NCBI GenBank assembly: GCA_036153155.1
Contig: JAYZMM010000017.1
Coordinates: 1,292 to 65,291 of the forward strand
DNA: 64,000 nucleotides
DNA from: Planctomycetota bacterium
GTDB taxonomy: Bacteria; Planctomycetota; Planctomycetia; Pirellulales; UBA7805
Direction: 5' to 3'
Part shown: one piece after another, positions 49,946-61,294 of the stretch
Layout: the number at the start of each line of letters is the position of its first letter
Numbering within the stretch: the first letter of the stretch is position 1
Notes under the pieces: model-generated
The model's database searches: none
What the model saw: only the letters and a program-made list of their open reading frames with translations
What the model was told of the DNA's origin: nothing
Program-made: the position numbers and the translations under genes

Positions 49946-50069
49946 AGATCTATTCTCACTATCCAGAGCTAACTAAAGTCGTGCTGCGCAATAACATGCT
50001 GCGTATGATAACCATTCAGCCGCATTAATTTCCAGGTGACTTGATCACGATTAAATTGTATCGATGCTG

Positions 50070-51032
50070 CTAAGGAGTCAAGGATTTTAAATCACTCAGA
50101 ACCATTTCCTGGATTAAATCCTCAAATCCAGATTTTGGATGCCAACCCAGTTCATTTTTTATATTTGAAGAATCACCACATAAAGCGTCAACTTCTGCCG
50201 GGCGATAAAGCGCCGGATCCACTTCAACAAAACGCTCCCAATCAAGATCCACGCAAGCAAAAGCAATTTTCGCTAAATCTCTCACCGTATACTTTTTTCC
50301 AGTGGCGACGACGTAATCTCGCGGTTCGCTTTGGTTGAGCATCATCCACATCGCCTTTACGTAATCGCGTGCGTGCCCCCAATCACGCTCAGCATTTAAA
50401 TTTCCAAGAGACAGTTTTTTTTGCAGGCCTAATTTGATTGCCGCGACTCCGCGAGAAATTTTTCTACTTACAAACTCATGCCCGCGACGTGGTGATTCAT
50501 GATTAAATAAGATCCCACTAACGGCAAATAAATCATAACTCTCGCGATAGTTTATTGTGATGAAATGGCCATATGCCTTAGCTACACCATAGGGGCTACG
50601 CGGTCGAAGGGCCGTCTGCTCCGATTGTTTTTTATCGTGTGCTTGGCCAAAAATCTCAGAACTGCTTGCCTGAAAGAAGCGAATCTCAGGGTTAAATTGC
50701 AGCAAAGCCTCAAGTATTCGAGCCACACCTAAAGCGGTCACATCACCAGTGAGAATTGGTTGTGTCCAACTCGCGGGGACAAAAGATTGAGCAGCGAGGT
50801 TGTAGACTTCCACGGGGTTGGATTTTTCAAGAATCCTTAACAGCGATCCTGAGTCTGTCAGATCGCCATCATGCAGTGTGATCCGAGGAAGAATATCCTC
50901 AATCCTTTCCATGCGCTGTCCACTGGAACGACGGACCACTCCGTGAACCTCATAGTTTTTTTCAAGCAGAAGCTCTGCCAAATAGCTTCCATCCTGACCG
51001 GTAATTCCCGTAATGAGTGCGGAGCGGGTCAA
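50070..51032 (-). CDS. gmd: GDP-mannose 4,6-dehydratase
   Basis: ALITGITGQDGSYLAELLLEKNYEVHG, SPYGVAKAY and LFNHESPRRG. Confidence 0.93.
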   Translation of the reverse strand: MTRSALITGITGQDGSYLAELLLEKNYEVHGVVRRSSGQRMERIEDILPRITLHDGDLTDSGSLLRILEKSNPVEVYNLAAQSFVPASWTQPILTGDVTALGVARILEALLQFNPEIRFFQASSSEIFGQAHDKKQSEQTALRPRSPYGVAKAYGHFITINYRESYDLFAVSGILFNHESPRRGHEFVSRKISRGVAAIKLGLQKKLSLGNLNAERDWGHARDYVKAMWMMLNQSEPRDYVVATGKKYTVRDLAKIAFACVDLDWERFVEVDPALYRPAEVDALCGDSSNIKNELGWHPKSGFEDLIQEMVLSDLKSLTP

Positions 51033-51129
51033 ACAAAAACCCCTTCTAGATTCTGATACATCACACTTTTCTTGCGTGGAGCAGGGTCAGAGGAAAGAAT
51101 TTTTTTCTAACTTTAGATGCACAGACAGA

Positions 51130-53880
51130 TTAATCTTCTGTTCCATCTGTTTCTTCGGTCGTCGTATCAGGAGGATCACCACTCGCTCCAGCATCGCCGG
51201 AGGATTCCGCGTTTTGTGAACTGGCATCCTGTTCAGCGGCCCCATTACCTTCTTCTTTTGGTACCCGAACAACCGCAACTAATGCATCATCCCCATCAAT
51301 AGACATAATGCGGACCCCTTGGGTATTTCTTCCAATCACATTGATATCACTCGCAGCGATCCGTTGGATTTTGCCACGAGCAGTCATGATCATAATCTCA
51401 TCATCGTCAGTCACCCGTGTGATTCCAATCGCGGGACCATTGCGTGAGGTAGTTTTGATGTCACGCACACCCTTTCCACCTCGACGCTGCGTTCGATAAC
51501 GACCGGTCGATCCACCCTCTTCGGTTTCACCATCTGGTTGATCAACCGACTCTCCGGCACCGAACAGAGTACGTTTACCGTAACCGTTAGCGCAGGCAGT
51601 CAGCAGCGTAGCCTCCGGCTGCGCAACCACCATACCTACCAAGCGATCTCCCTCGCCAAGCGAAATACCGCGAACACCACTGGAATTTCTACCCATTGGT
51701 CTTGCGTCTGATTCTTTAAATCGAATTGCCATTCCATTTGCAGTGGAAAGAACAACCTCATCATTCGGCTTGGTGACGACCACATCCACCAACTCATCGC
51801 CCTCCCGAAGTTTGATTGCAATAATGCCACCTTGTCGTGGTCGACTGTACGCCTCAAGTTTGGTTTTTTTAACTAACCCACCAGCAGTTGCCATCATCAA
51901 AAAATGGCCTGCATTGTCAAAATCGCGAACCGCCCGACAATCGGCGATCCGTTCATCCGGTGCCAAATTCAATAAGTTTACAACCGCTCGTCCTCGGCTA
52001 TCGCGGCTCAATTCAGGAAGATCATAAACTTTTTGCCAATAGACCCGCCCTCGGTTACTGAAGAATAACAAATAGGCGTGCGTACTAGCAACAAAAAGAT
52101 GCTCAATAGGATCTTCATCCTGGGTGCGAGCCCCCCGAAGACCCTTTCCACCGCGACGCTGCGAACGGTAAACACTCGCAGGGGTACGCTTAATTCGACC
52201 ACTATGGCTGATAGACACAACCATCGTCTCTTCAGTGATTAGATCTTCAAGATCAACATTGCCGATTTCATTACCGGAAATTTCTGTCCGTCGTGGTTCT
52301 CCATGCTTCCGCTTCAATTCCGCTAGATCATCACAAATTATTTTAAGAATATGTTTTTCATCCGAGAGTATCCTTACATAACCAGCGATGTCCTCGAGTA
52401 ATTTTGAAAATTCGTTCCCCAATCGCTCTTGTTCCAGATTTACCAGCTGCCCAAGAGTCATTTTTAAAATGGCGTCTGCCTGCACAGGAGTCAGCGTATA
52501 ATTCTCAGCAACACCATGCTCTTCTTGGTATATCGCGAAACCATCGTCACCCAGAGCACGCTTCAGTAGTGAACCGGGACATTCAATCTGCATTAAACGA
52601 TCTTTGGCCTCTGCCTGTGTAGAGCTACTCCGAATAACACGCACCACTTCATCAAGGTTGGCGTGGGCCAACAACAAACCTTCAACCGTATGTTTTCTGT
52701 TTCGGGCCTTCGCAAGCAAAAACTGCGTACGCCGGCGAATAACACTTAAACGATGTCGAATGAATTCTTCAATTAAACCTTTAAACGACAGCGGACACGG
52801 CTTGCCATCTACCAACACAAGTAGATTGAGAGAAAAGGTCACCTGAAGCTGAGAGTATTGATACAACTGGTTGAGAACAACTTCGGGATCGGCATCCCGC
52901 TTCACCTCAATAATCAATCGAACCGGTTCTTTGAGATCACTCTCATTCCGCACCGCTGAGATTCCATCAATCCGCCCCCCCTGCACTAAACTGGCAATAC
53001 TCTCTTCAATTCGGTCACGAGCCTGCTGAAAAGGTATTTCGCGAACAATAATTCGAAAACGACCTTTTTTGAACTCTTCAATATCGGCTCGCGCACGTAA
53101 CGTAATTGTACTTCGTCCTGTGTGGTAACCTTTCCGGATACCACTTCTTCCACACACGATTCCCCCGGTTGGGAAATCCGGTCCGGGGCAGATTTCCAAA
53201 AGTTGATCAACCGAAATATCAGGGTCATCAATGACCGCCGTGATCGCATCACAAATTTCGGATAAATTATGCGGGGGTATCGACGTGGTATAACCAACCG
53301 CGATTCCATTAGCCCCGTTCACCAGTAAATTTGGAAACTTCGATGGCAGGACGGTCGGCTCAGTGCGTCGCTCATCATAGGTGGGAAGAAAGTCGACCGT
53401 ATCTAGGTTAATGTCATCAAGCATAAGTGCTGCCGGGGGTGCCATGCGGGCTTCGGTATACCGCATAGCAGCAGGCGGCAATCCGGCAATGGAGCCAAAA
53501 TTTCCCTGCTTATCCACAAGCACGTAACGCATATTCCACTCTTGGGCCATCCGAACGAGTGTCGGATAGATGACGCTCTCCCCGTGCGGGTGATAGTTAC
53601 CGCTGGTGTCCCCAGAAATTTTGGCACACTTGATCCGAGACGCTCCCGGCGTCAAGTTCAGATCATTCATAGCGACAAGGATTCTACGCTGCGACGGCTT
53701 CAGCCCATCACGAACATCAGGAAGTGCCCTGCTCACAATAACACTCATTGCATAAGTCAGGTAACTATTCTTCAACTCTTCCTCAATAGGAAGATCGATT
53801 ATGCTACCGACTTCAGCTGGGCCACCACCATTTATTTCTTCCGCAGGATCACCCGCATTTTCATCAGAATTTTCAGCCAA
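51130..53880 (-). CDS. gyrA: DNA gyrase subunit A
   Basis: [23 protein letters not shown], the HPHGESVIY (QRDR) region, AMRYTE with the catalytic Tyr, C-terminal beta-pinwheel repeats and an acidic tail. Confidence 0.97.
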   Translation of the reverse strand: MAENSDENAGDPAEEINGGGPAEVGSIIDLPIEEELKNSYLTYAMSVIVSRALPDVRDGLKPSQRRILVAMNDLNLTPGASRIKCAKISGDTSGNYHPHGESVIYPTLVRMAQEWNMRYVLVDKQGNFGSIAGLPPAAMRYTEARMAPPAALMLDDINLDTVDFLPTYDERRTEPTVLPSKFPNLLVNGANGIAVGYTTSIPPHNLSEICDAITAVIDDPDISVDQLLEICPGPDFPTGGIVCGRSGIRKGYHTGRSTITLRARADIEEFKKGRFRIIVREIPFQQARDRIEESIASLVQGGRIDGISAVRNESDLKEPVRLIIEVKRDADPEVVLNQLYQYSQLQVTFSLNLLVLVDGKPCPLSFKGLIEEFIRHRLSVIRRRTQFLLAKARNRKHTVEGLLLAHANLDEVVRVIRSSSTQAEAKDRLMQIECPGSLLKRALGDDGFAIYQEEHGVAENYTLTPVQADAILKMTLGQLVNLEQERLGNEFSKLLEDIAGYVRILSDEKHILKIICDDLAELKRKHGEPRRTEISGNEIGNVDLEDLITEETMVVSISHSGRIKRTPASVYRSQRRGGKGLRGARTQDEDPIEHLFVASTHAYLLFFSNRGRVYWQKVYDLPELSRDSRGRAVVNLLNLAPDERIADCRAVRDFDNAGHFLMMATAGGLVKKTKLEAYSRPRQGGIIAIKLREGDELVDVVVTKPNDEVVLSTANGMAIRFKESDARPMGRNSSGVRGISLGEGDRLVGMVVAQPEATLLTACANGYGKRTLFGAGESVDQPDGETEEGGSTGRYRTQRRGGKGVRDIKTTSRNGPAIGITRVTDDDEIMIMTARGKIQRIAASDINVIGRNTQGVRIMSIDGDDALVAVVRVPKEEGNGAAEQDASSQNAESSGDAGASGDPPDTTTEETDGTED

Positions 53881-54088
53881 GAATCAAACCTCGAAGGACA
53901 CAAAAGGTGAGATAAAAGAGAACTTTTTTACGAGAAAAACCCCGGTTTTTTTCTTACAAAAATATACCTATTTAAGACCTCTTTCACAACGCCCCACCCC
54001 ACCAAATGCAGCTCATTAATTCGGTCTGTCAAAGGCCGAAAAAGAGGTATCGGGAATAAAGAAAGTCGATCCGAATCCACGCGGAGAT

Positions 54089-54559
54089 CTACTGATCTAC
54101 TTGACCCGGTCGTGTTGCCATCGGCACGGTAAAGACACCAGCCCCACCAAAGCTGATCACCACCACATAAAAACCACCGACAGCGGGACCGCGCGCGAGT
54201 GCGTCTGCAAGGTAAGGAAACCACTGAGATAACTCTTGTTGACTGTCAAATAAAGGGACAGTTTTAATAAGCACCGTGGTGGCTCGCTCTTCATTATCAG
54301 AGGTTTCATCGTCCATTGCATTTGACATTATTGCTGCATCAACTGCGTCGTTCCCTTCCCATTTTCGTGCAATTGGAGCGCCGATCGGATCTTCACAATC
54401 AATCAAAAGTAGGACAGGTTCATTCACACCCTCTTCGAGCGCTATGTCAAACGCGGCAAACAAGCTACCCAGCGAAGATTCCACAAGTGCCTCACGACCA
54501 TCCATGTCGTGCTCTGGATTACCGGTGCTTCCAGGAAATTGATCGTCATTAAATTCCAT
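54089..54559 (-). CDS. Hypothetical acidic protein
   Basis: 156-aa ORF of non-repetitive composition that fills the gap upstream of gyrA. I recognise no family. Confidence 0.45.
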   Translation of the reverse strand: MEFNDDQFPGSTGNPEHDMDGREALVESSLGSLFAAFDIALEEGVNEPVLLLIDCEDPIGAPIARKWEGNDAVDAAIMSNAMDDETSDNEERATTVLIKTVPLFDSQQELSQWFPYLADALARGPAVGGFYVVVISFGGAGVFTVPMATRPGQVDQ

Positions 54560-54929
54560 TTATCGTCCAAACTTCTCTGGCGCAAGACTCTGGTGTAAGA
54601 AAGGCGGAACAATGACCGCCAGACAAAATAGAATCATCTGCAATTACCACAATCCACCTCGCCGGGGCACAGATTTTTCAATGCATTTGAACTCTCGGTA
54701 CGTACAACCACCCCTATCTGACTTTAAGAGAGATTACTATAATCTTTTCTCCAAATTTACCGTGTTAAAAAAGATCTCGTTCGGACTATTTGACTGTTTT
54801 ATAACGCTGGTGTTGTGCTCCACGAGAAACTTTCACGGTAGCCGCAGGATTTTGAACCTCCAAGAGTCTTTGTCGCCGGAATGGCGGATATAAGTTTTTG
54901 GAGGATTTCCCATAACAGAAGTTTTTTGA

Positions 54930-55964
<1,035 letters not shown>

Positions 55965-56042
55965 TTCCGATTTGCTGCTGGAGACACCGGTGGTCCCACA
56001 CTGCAGATTGCATAGGGATTGAACCACTAGGTTACCTATCGG

Positions 56043-57209
56043 TCACCGATAGGGCTTCCACTCAGCGTCACGTTTTAAATTAGCTTTGGCTGGATTTTTT
56101 CGCCAATTGGTTGGCTGGAATGTCTTTTGCGTCGGTGTCGGTGGTGTCGGTATTGAGGAACTACTGACAGGTAGTGTATTGAGTTCAGAACTTCGATGAC
56201 CCCGACGCGGGACAATCAATGGATCGGTCGTGGTGAAGTCGCGAGGTCGAGTCCGTTTTCTCCACCCACGATTCTGTCCCTCTGGACCACCGCTGAAGGC
56301 AGGTTCTCGTTGCGAGAGATCGATTCGCTGATTCACGAGTAATTGATTTCCCTCTGGCGTAATAAGCCGCACATAGATCTGCAACAAACTATCCATTGGC
56401 GGCTCTCCCGACCAGGGAAGCTCCAACAATAGGGACTCACCAATAGGTAGATCTTCCGTAATCATTTCAACTTGAGCAGGGGAAAACTTCCAATTCGCAA
56501 CTCGAGCCCCATCGGTGGAATATGCTCGCGGGTTAATCAAGGCGATGGAAAGTTCCCCACGCGGTCGGACTTTTTGTCCCGACGCATTTTGAGGTGCTAA
56601 AAGCAACCACATTCCACCGAAGGTTCCCTGTTCGGTATAACCACCGGATAAACCTTCATGGAACGGAAGGGCTGTAATGACCGGATCTTCAATTCTTTCT
56701 CCAGGCCCCAATGGAGTTGGTGCACGCGGATCCTTAAGGATTGATTCTTGATAACGCGCTAGGGTGACGTTATTCGGCAAGGGGTGTGACCATTGAGTGG
56801 TAATAGGTTGCGTCGCGTACAAATCCTCTTTGGCAAGCTTTCCGTAGTAATCCGCAGGCAAGCGTGGGAGTAACCCGCTCTTGATCCCCGGTAATTCCAC
56901 TGACGGAGGTTGCACCTCATCAGGGGATGAACCACCCGGTGGAATCAAATGAACATCCGGCTGCAAATTCTTTTTTAGAATCGAAGAGTTGCCTGAAGCG
57001 GATGTCGCAGTTCGTTTACAGGATTCGTTTTCCTGCCGACACTCCTCCAGATAGCATTTGTATGTCCGAATATAATCCTGCAACTGATATATCATGTCCT
57101 CCTGATAACGGAGTTCACGTTGCAGTGCCTCGGTATTACCTGCTGATTTACAACCAATCGTTTCCAAGACTAGAAACGACAAGATGAGACATCCTTGCCA
57201 ACACTTCAT
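56043..57209 (-). CDS. Hypothetical lipoprotein (short coiled-coil N-terminus, basic/Pro-rich C-terminus)
   Basis: Signal sequence plus Cys (LSFLVLETIGC). It starts 11 nt after the clpP stop on the same strand. I recognise no family. Confidence 0.5.
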   Translation of the reverse strand: MKCWQGCLILSFLVLETIGCKSAGNTEALQRELRYQEDMIYQLQDYIRTYKCYLEECRQENESCKRTATSASGNSSILKKNLQPDVHLIPPGGSSPDEVQPPSVELPGIKSGLLPRLPADYYGKLAKEDLYATQPITTQWSHPLPNNVTLARYQESILKDPRAPTPLGPGERIEDPVITALPFHEGLSGGYTEQGTFGGMWLLLAPQNASGQKVRPRGELSIALINPRAYSTDGARVANWKFSPAQVEMITEDLPIGESLLLELPWSGEPPMDSLLQIYVRLITPEGNQLLVNQRIDLSQREPAFSGGPEGQNRGWRKRTRPRDFTTTDPLIVPRRGHRSSELNTLPVSSSSIPTPPTPTQKTFQPTNWRKNPAKANLKRDAEWKPYR

Positions 57210-57220
57210 TTTTTTCTCGC

Positions 57221-57829
57221 TTACGCATCCATGCGTTCAATAATGCGATCAATTAATTTGTACTCTAAAGCTTCCTCTGGTTCCATAAAACGATCGCGGT
57301 CCGTATCCGCCTCAATCCGATCAAGCGGTTGCCCACAATGCTTCAAAAGAATGTTGTTTAATTTATCTTTTGTTTTTTTAAATTCCTTGGCGTGAATCAT
57401 GATGTCCTCCGCAGTCCCTTCCATCCCAGCAAGGGGTTGATGAATCATGATTCGCGAATTGGGAAGTGCATGCCGTTTACCGTCGGTTCCCGCAGTCAGC
57501 AAAACCGCGCCCATCGATGCGCATTGACCGATGCAATATGTCGCCACGTCACACGTAATTAACTGCATGGTGTCATAAATTGCCAGGCCGGCACTGACAC
57601 TGCCACCTGGCGAATTGATGTAAAAGTGGATATCTGCTTTCGAATCATCTGATTGCAGAAACAACATTTGGGCAACGATAGCGTTTGCAACATCGTCATT
57701 CACACCCGATCCTAAAAAGACAATTCTGTCTTTAAGGAGACGACTGTAAATATCCATCGCCCGCTCTTCGCGACCACTCTTCTCGATCACATAGGGGATC
57801 AAAGGCATCGGCGGCAAGTCTCCAAACAA
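57221..57829 (-). CDS. clpP: ATP-dependent Clp protease proteolytic subunit (ClpP paralogue, distal)
   Basis: [30 protein letters not shown] (Ser), IMIHQP (His) and DTDRDRFM (Asp). Confidence 0.93.
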   Translation of the reverse strand: MFGDLPPMPLIPYVIEKSGREERAMDIYSRLLKDRIVFLGSGVNDDVANAIVAQMLFLQSDDSKADIHFYINSPGGSVSAGLAIYDTMQLITCDVATYCIGQCASMGAVLLTAGTDGKRHALPNSRIMIHQPLAGMEGTAEDIMIHAKEFKKTKDKLNNILLKHCGQPLDRIEADTDRDRFMEPEEALEYKLIDRIIERMDA

Positions 57830-57867
57830 TAAAAATAAAAGGTTCTGTTTCGTCGCGATGAAAGAAG

Positions 57868-58536
57868 TTATTCGTCTTCTTCCGCATCCACCGGTGACTT
57901 TGTGATAATTTCGTCAACAATTCCATATTTTTTTGCGTCTTCAGCTGACATGTAAAAATCACGGTCAGTATCTTCAGCGATTTTCTTAATTTTCTGTCCG
58001 GTGTGTTCACTTAAAACCTGATTAAGGACATCGCGAGTTTTGAGAATTTCGTCAGCCTGAATCTCAATATCCGAAACCTGTCCACCCACCTGCCCATAAG
58101 GTTGATGAATCATCACTTTCGCATGAGGTAGAATAAACCTTTTTCCTGCCGATCCACCGGCAAGCAGGACGGCACCTCCACTCGCCGCAAGTCCGACACA
58201 AAAGGTCGTGACCGGGCAGCTCAGGATTTGCATCGTGTCATATATAGCCAAGGTAGAACTGACGCTTCCGCCAGGTGAATTGATATAAAAATTTATATCC
58301 TTGCGACGATTTTCACTCTGTAAATAGAGCATTTTCATCACAAGCTCATTGGCGTTTCCATCATGGATCTCACCCTGAAGGAAAATGATCCTGTTTTCTA
58401 GTAGCAGGTCTCCCAACGTCATCTGGCGTTGTCGCTGGTAATCGCGACTGAGCTTTGGATCCGCTAGGGGGGCTTTAGAAAAACCATCAAACGCGTTCAT
58501 CAACAATATTCCTTCATTGCTTCCGTGGTAGAGCAC
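57868..58536 (-). CDS. clpP: ATP-dependent Clp protease proteolytic subunit (ClpP paralogue, proximal)
   Basis: [30 protein letters not shown] (Ser), VMIHQP (His) and DTDRDFYM (Asp). It has a longer N-terminus and an acidic C-terminal tail. Confidence 0.9.
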   Translation of the reverse strand: MLYHGSNEGILLMNAFDGFSKAPLADPKLSRDYQRQRQMTLGDLLLENRIIFLQGEIHDGNANELVMKMLYLQSENRRKDINFYINSPGGSVSSTLAIYDTMQILSCPVTTFCVGLAASGGAVLLAGGSAGKRFILPHAKVMIHQPYGQVGGQVSDIEIQADEILKTRDVLNQVLSEHTGQKIKKIAEDTDRDFYMSAEDAKKYGIVDEIITKSPVDAEEDE

Positions 58537-58619
58537 ACTTTTGGGACACGGATTTGTCCTTCACTAGGGTGCGTGCTCCTTCTCTTTTCGTCTTCCGTTT
58601 CAATTAATCAGCAAGCAAC

Positions 58620-60101
58620 CTAAGTGTGATCTTTGGGTTCCGCAAGTTCCTCTTCCTGCCCATGTTCGGCCACAGGTATGTCATTCTGGTCACCACCCCC
58701 GATTGCCAGATCAACAGCTTCTGTGTTTCCCCCTTCAGAATCAAAAGCTACATCTTTAAATTTCGCTTGCTCCAGCACCAATTCAATGACACGGCGTTCA
58801 ATAATCTGATTTCGCAAACTGTCCATCAGCCCCTTTTTTTCAATCTGTGCCCGGACGCGCCTTGGCGAATCACCAGTTTGCATTGCCATTAATGCAACTT
58901 CTTTATCATAATCTCCCTCTTCGGCATCAATTTTTTCTTCCTCTGCAATCCGCTCCAAAATAAAGTGCTCACGCAGAGCAGTGGCAGTCGCTTGCTGACT
59001 ATTTTGTCTTAAGTCATTCGCATGCGCCTGAATATCGGCCTCCGGAAAACCGCTCCTTCTCAATTCCATGATCTTTCGCTCTAACTCGCGCCCGCTTTGC
59101 CGTTTAAGCATGTCCGGGGGTAGCTCCCAATCTGCCGCCGCCGTCAGCAATTGAGTAATTTGCTGCCGTGCTCGCTGCTGCTGTTGATAATCGAGTTGTC
59201 GTTGCAAGCTATCCTTGACGGCATCTCGTAGATCCGCTTCGGTATCAAAATTGCCGATTTGAGAGAGGAATTCAGCATTGAACTCAGGCAGTTGGAATTT
59301 TTTAACATCTAATATTTCAAACTCAAGCTGAATCTCTTTCCCCGCAAGTTCGTTATTTGGCGCATCATCCACAAGCTTCATCGACGCGACAATTTTTTGT
59401 CCAGATTTTGAACCAGTGACAAGCTTACCGAAGTCTTCTAATGTTCCATCACGGAAGCTCAGGCTCTGGCGCACACAGACAGTTTGCTCTGTCGGATCAC
59501 CCAAGGCTGCTCCATCCGAAGATGCAGTAATTTGTACTGTAATGTAGTCACCCTCTTTAATTGGATCATCCGAGGGCACACGCTTTCCATAATTTGCGAG
59601 CACCCTTTCAAGCTGCTGATCAATATCAGCATCACTAAAATCTTTTGTCGGGCGTTCGATTTTCAAGCCTTTCCAGTTGGGAAGGTCAAACTCGGGCCGG
59701 ACCTCAAGATCGAATTCAAATGTTAATGGTCCCTCTGCGGGGAGTTCCACTGATCCAAGATCGATATCGGGTTCACTAATAGCAGCAAGATCATGGTCCT
59801 CGTTAACCTGTGCCATGCTATCAAGTAATAACGAACCCTTTATTTGATCAGCAACTTCTTTGCGATAACGGGTTTCGACTAATTTTCTTGGCGCACGGCC
59901 TACTCGAAAGCCGGGCACATTTGCCGAAGGCATCATTTCGCTGAATGCATCATCAAAATATCTGTCGATATCTTTACGAGCGACAGTCACCGTGATGTGT
60001 CTTTGACACGCTGTAGGCGACTCGATAGCCACATCCAACTTTAATGCCGTATCATCCGCATCTGGTTGAACGTCAGAATTTTGGGAGTCGTCGTTACTCA
60101 T
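58620..60101 (-). CDS. tig: Trigger factor
   Basis: The N-terminal ribosome-binding region includes GFRVGRAPRKLVE (the GFRxGxxP signature). A PPIase-like middle domain and a C-terminal arm follow, and the gene lies upstream of clpP as in most bacteria. Confidence 0.92.
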   Translation of the reverse strand: MSNDDSQNSDVQPDADDTALKLDVAIESPTACQRHITVTVARKDIDRYFDDAFSEMMPSANVPGFRVGRAPRKLVETRYRKEVADQIKGSLLLDSMAQVNEDHDLAAISEPDIDLGSVELPAEGPLTFEFDLEVRPEFDLPNWKGLKIERPTKDFSDADIDQQLERVLANYGKRVPSDDPIKEGDYITVQITASSDGAALGDPTEQTVCVRQSLSFRDGTLEDFGKLVTGSKSGQKIVASMKLVDDAPNNELAGKEIQLEFEILDVKKFQLPEFNAEFLSQIGNFDTEADLRDAVKDSLQRQLDYQQQQRARQQITQLLTAAADWELPPDMLKRQSGRELERKIMELRRSGFPEADIQAHANDLRQNSQQATATALREHFILERIAEEEKIDAEEGDYDKEVALMAMQTGDSPRRVRAQIEKKGLMDSLRNQIIERRVIELVLEQAKFKDVAFDSEGGNTEAVDLAIGGGDQNDIPVAEHGQEEELAEPKDHT

Positions 60102-60183
60102 TCAATCACCAACCCTCTAATCAATCTTCCTACCACAGACTCTTGGCCTGCCGCCAAAACAAAATAGGCCTCACGTCCTAAGG

Positions 60184-60256
60184 AGCGGGTGATGGGATTC
60201 GAACCCACGACAACAACGTTGGCAACGTTGTGCTCTGCCAACTGAGCTACACCCGC
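60184..60256 (-). tRNA. tRNA-Gly (anticodon GCC)
   Basis: The minus strand reads GCGGGTG-TA-GCTC-AGTTGGCA-GAGC-A-CAACG-TTGCCAA-CGTTG-TTGTC-GTGGG-TTCGAAT-CCCAT-CACCCGC-T. This folds as a 73-nt cloverleaf. The discriminator is U, and CCA is not encoded (the trailing bases are CCT). Confidence 0.9.
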
Positions 60257-60631
60257 TTGTAACTCGAAAAACAAATTGAAACGACGCGTCTTCCATCAAT
60301 AAAAATTAAACGATCGAGAGACGCAGAGCCTCATGCACCGGAACAAAATTCGCCGGATTATAGGGTGGTTTGAAGGGTACGCAAGGCCAATCACCAACCC
60401 ACAAGCAGATTAAATCTTGGGACCTTATAGCGTCAAGGGGCGACCTTTGGGAAAGCTGCGGCATCAATGCGTGATAAGACCCGATGTACGCGCTGGTTTA
60501 CGACTTGCACTGTCGGCATATGACACCGATTCTCTGCCAGCGATGCCAGCGGTTGTGCCTATCTGAAGTGCTAAAACGCCGTGTACATAACTAAAAATCT
60601 AGAGTCTCTGAAACCCGATCCCCAGGCTTTC

Positions 60632-61243
60632 TCAAGTCAGCGATATGGAAGTCCAACCCACTGCAGCAACTACAATTCCGCAGGCAAGATAAATCCAACC
60701 AGACGCGTTGGGGACCGTGCAATGTGAAAGTAATTCTTCCCGAATTGTTTTTTGTAAAACACTCCATCCCGCACTGGATTGTTCAGCGCAGGTTGCACGG
60801 AGAGTAATATTCTTCATTGCTTCGACGGGCATGATTTCAAACTGAACCTTTAATTCGCTGATTTGTACTACATTCCCATGTCTTTGAGCGGTCCATATTT
60901 CACGTTCCATTGCACGCTCTAAAATATGTAAAAATTCATCATAATTCAGGTTATAGAAAACAAGCCGCGGACGACTAATCATTGACAGCCACAGGACGCC
61001 GAATAAATAAAGAACTATCATCGGATACCAAACATGATTCCCAAAACGAATCATTCCCGCTGCTGGAAGAAAAATTTGTAACGGACCGACAATCATAAGC
61101 CCCGCAACTCCAAAGCTGAGTGCAATCAAGTCTTGTCGTCCCGTAAGAACTCGCGTTTTTCGAGAAAGATTAATTACTCCCAGGAAAATCAAATAGAAAC
61201 TCAATGGTATTAGTGCGGTGAAAATGGAAAAGAAATCCATCAA
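60632..61243 (-). CDS. Hypothetical integral membrane protein
   Basis: About 4-5 predicted TM helices flank a soluble segment of about 70 aa. I recognise no family. Confidence 0.5.
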   Translation of the reverse strand: MMDFFSIFTALIPLSFYLIFLGVINLSRKTRVLTGRQDLIALSFGVAGLMIVGPLQIFLPAAGMIRFGNHVWYPMIVLYLFGVLWLSMISRPRLVFYNLNYDEFLHILERAMEREIWTAQRHGNVVQISELKVQFEIMPVEAMKNITLRATCAEQSSAGWSVLQKTIREELLSHCTVPNASGWIYLACGIVVAAVGWTSISLT

Positions 61244-61294
61244 AAATCCTGATCAAAAAGTATTTACATAATTTATCTGGATAAATTGACGCTA

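Noticed and set aside
53925-53950. A/T-rich palindromic stretch AAAAACCCCGGTTTTTTT upstream of gyrA.
   Set aside because: The stem would be almost entirely A-T pairs with a 2-4 nt loop. That is too weak to call a terminator or an operator.
56035-56053. Near-perfect palindrome CCTATCGGT-C-ACCGATAGG between the convergent gap and lipoprotein genes.
   Set aside because: It overlaps the lipoprotein stop codon and has no adjoining T-run on either strand. It might act as a weak bidirectional terminator, but the evidence is insufficient.
60306-60464. 52-codon minus-strand ORF (MPQLSQRSPLDAIRSQDLICLWVGDWPCVPFKPPYNPANFVPVHEALRLSIV) in the gap upstream of tRNA-Gly.
   Set aside because: It has no SD-like sequence and the best promoter match lies inside it. 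There is no recognisable motif, so it cannot be distinguished from chance without conservation data.
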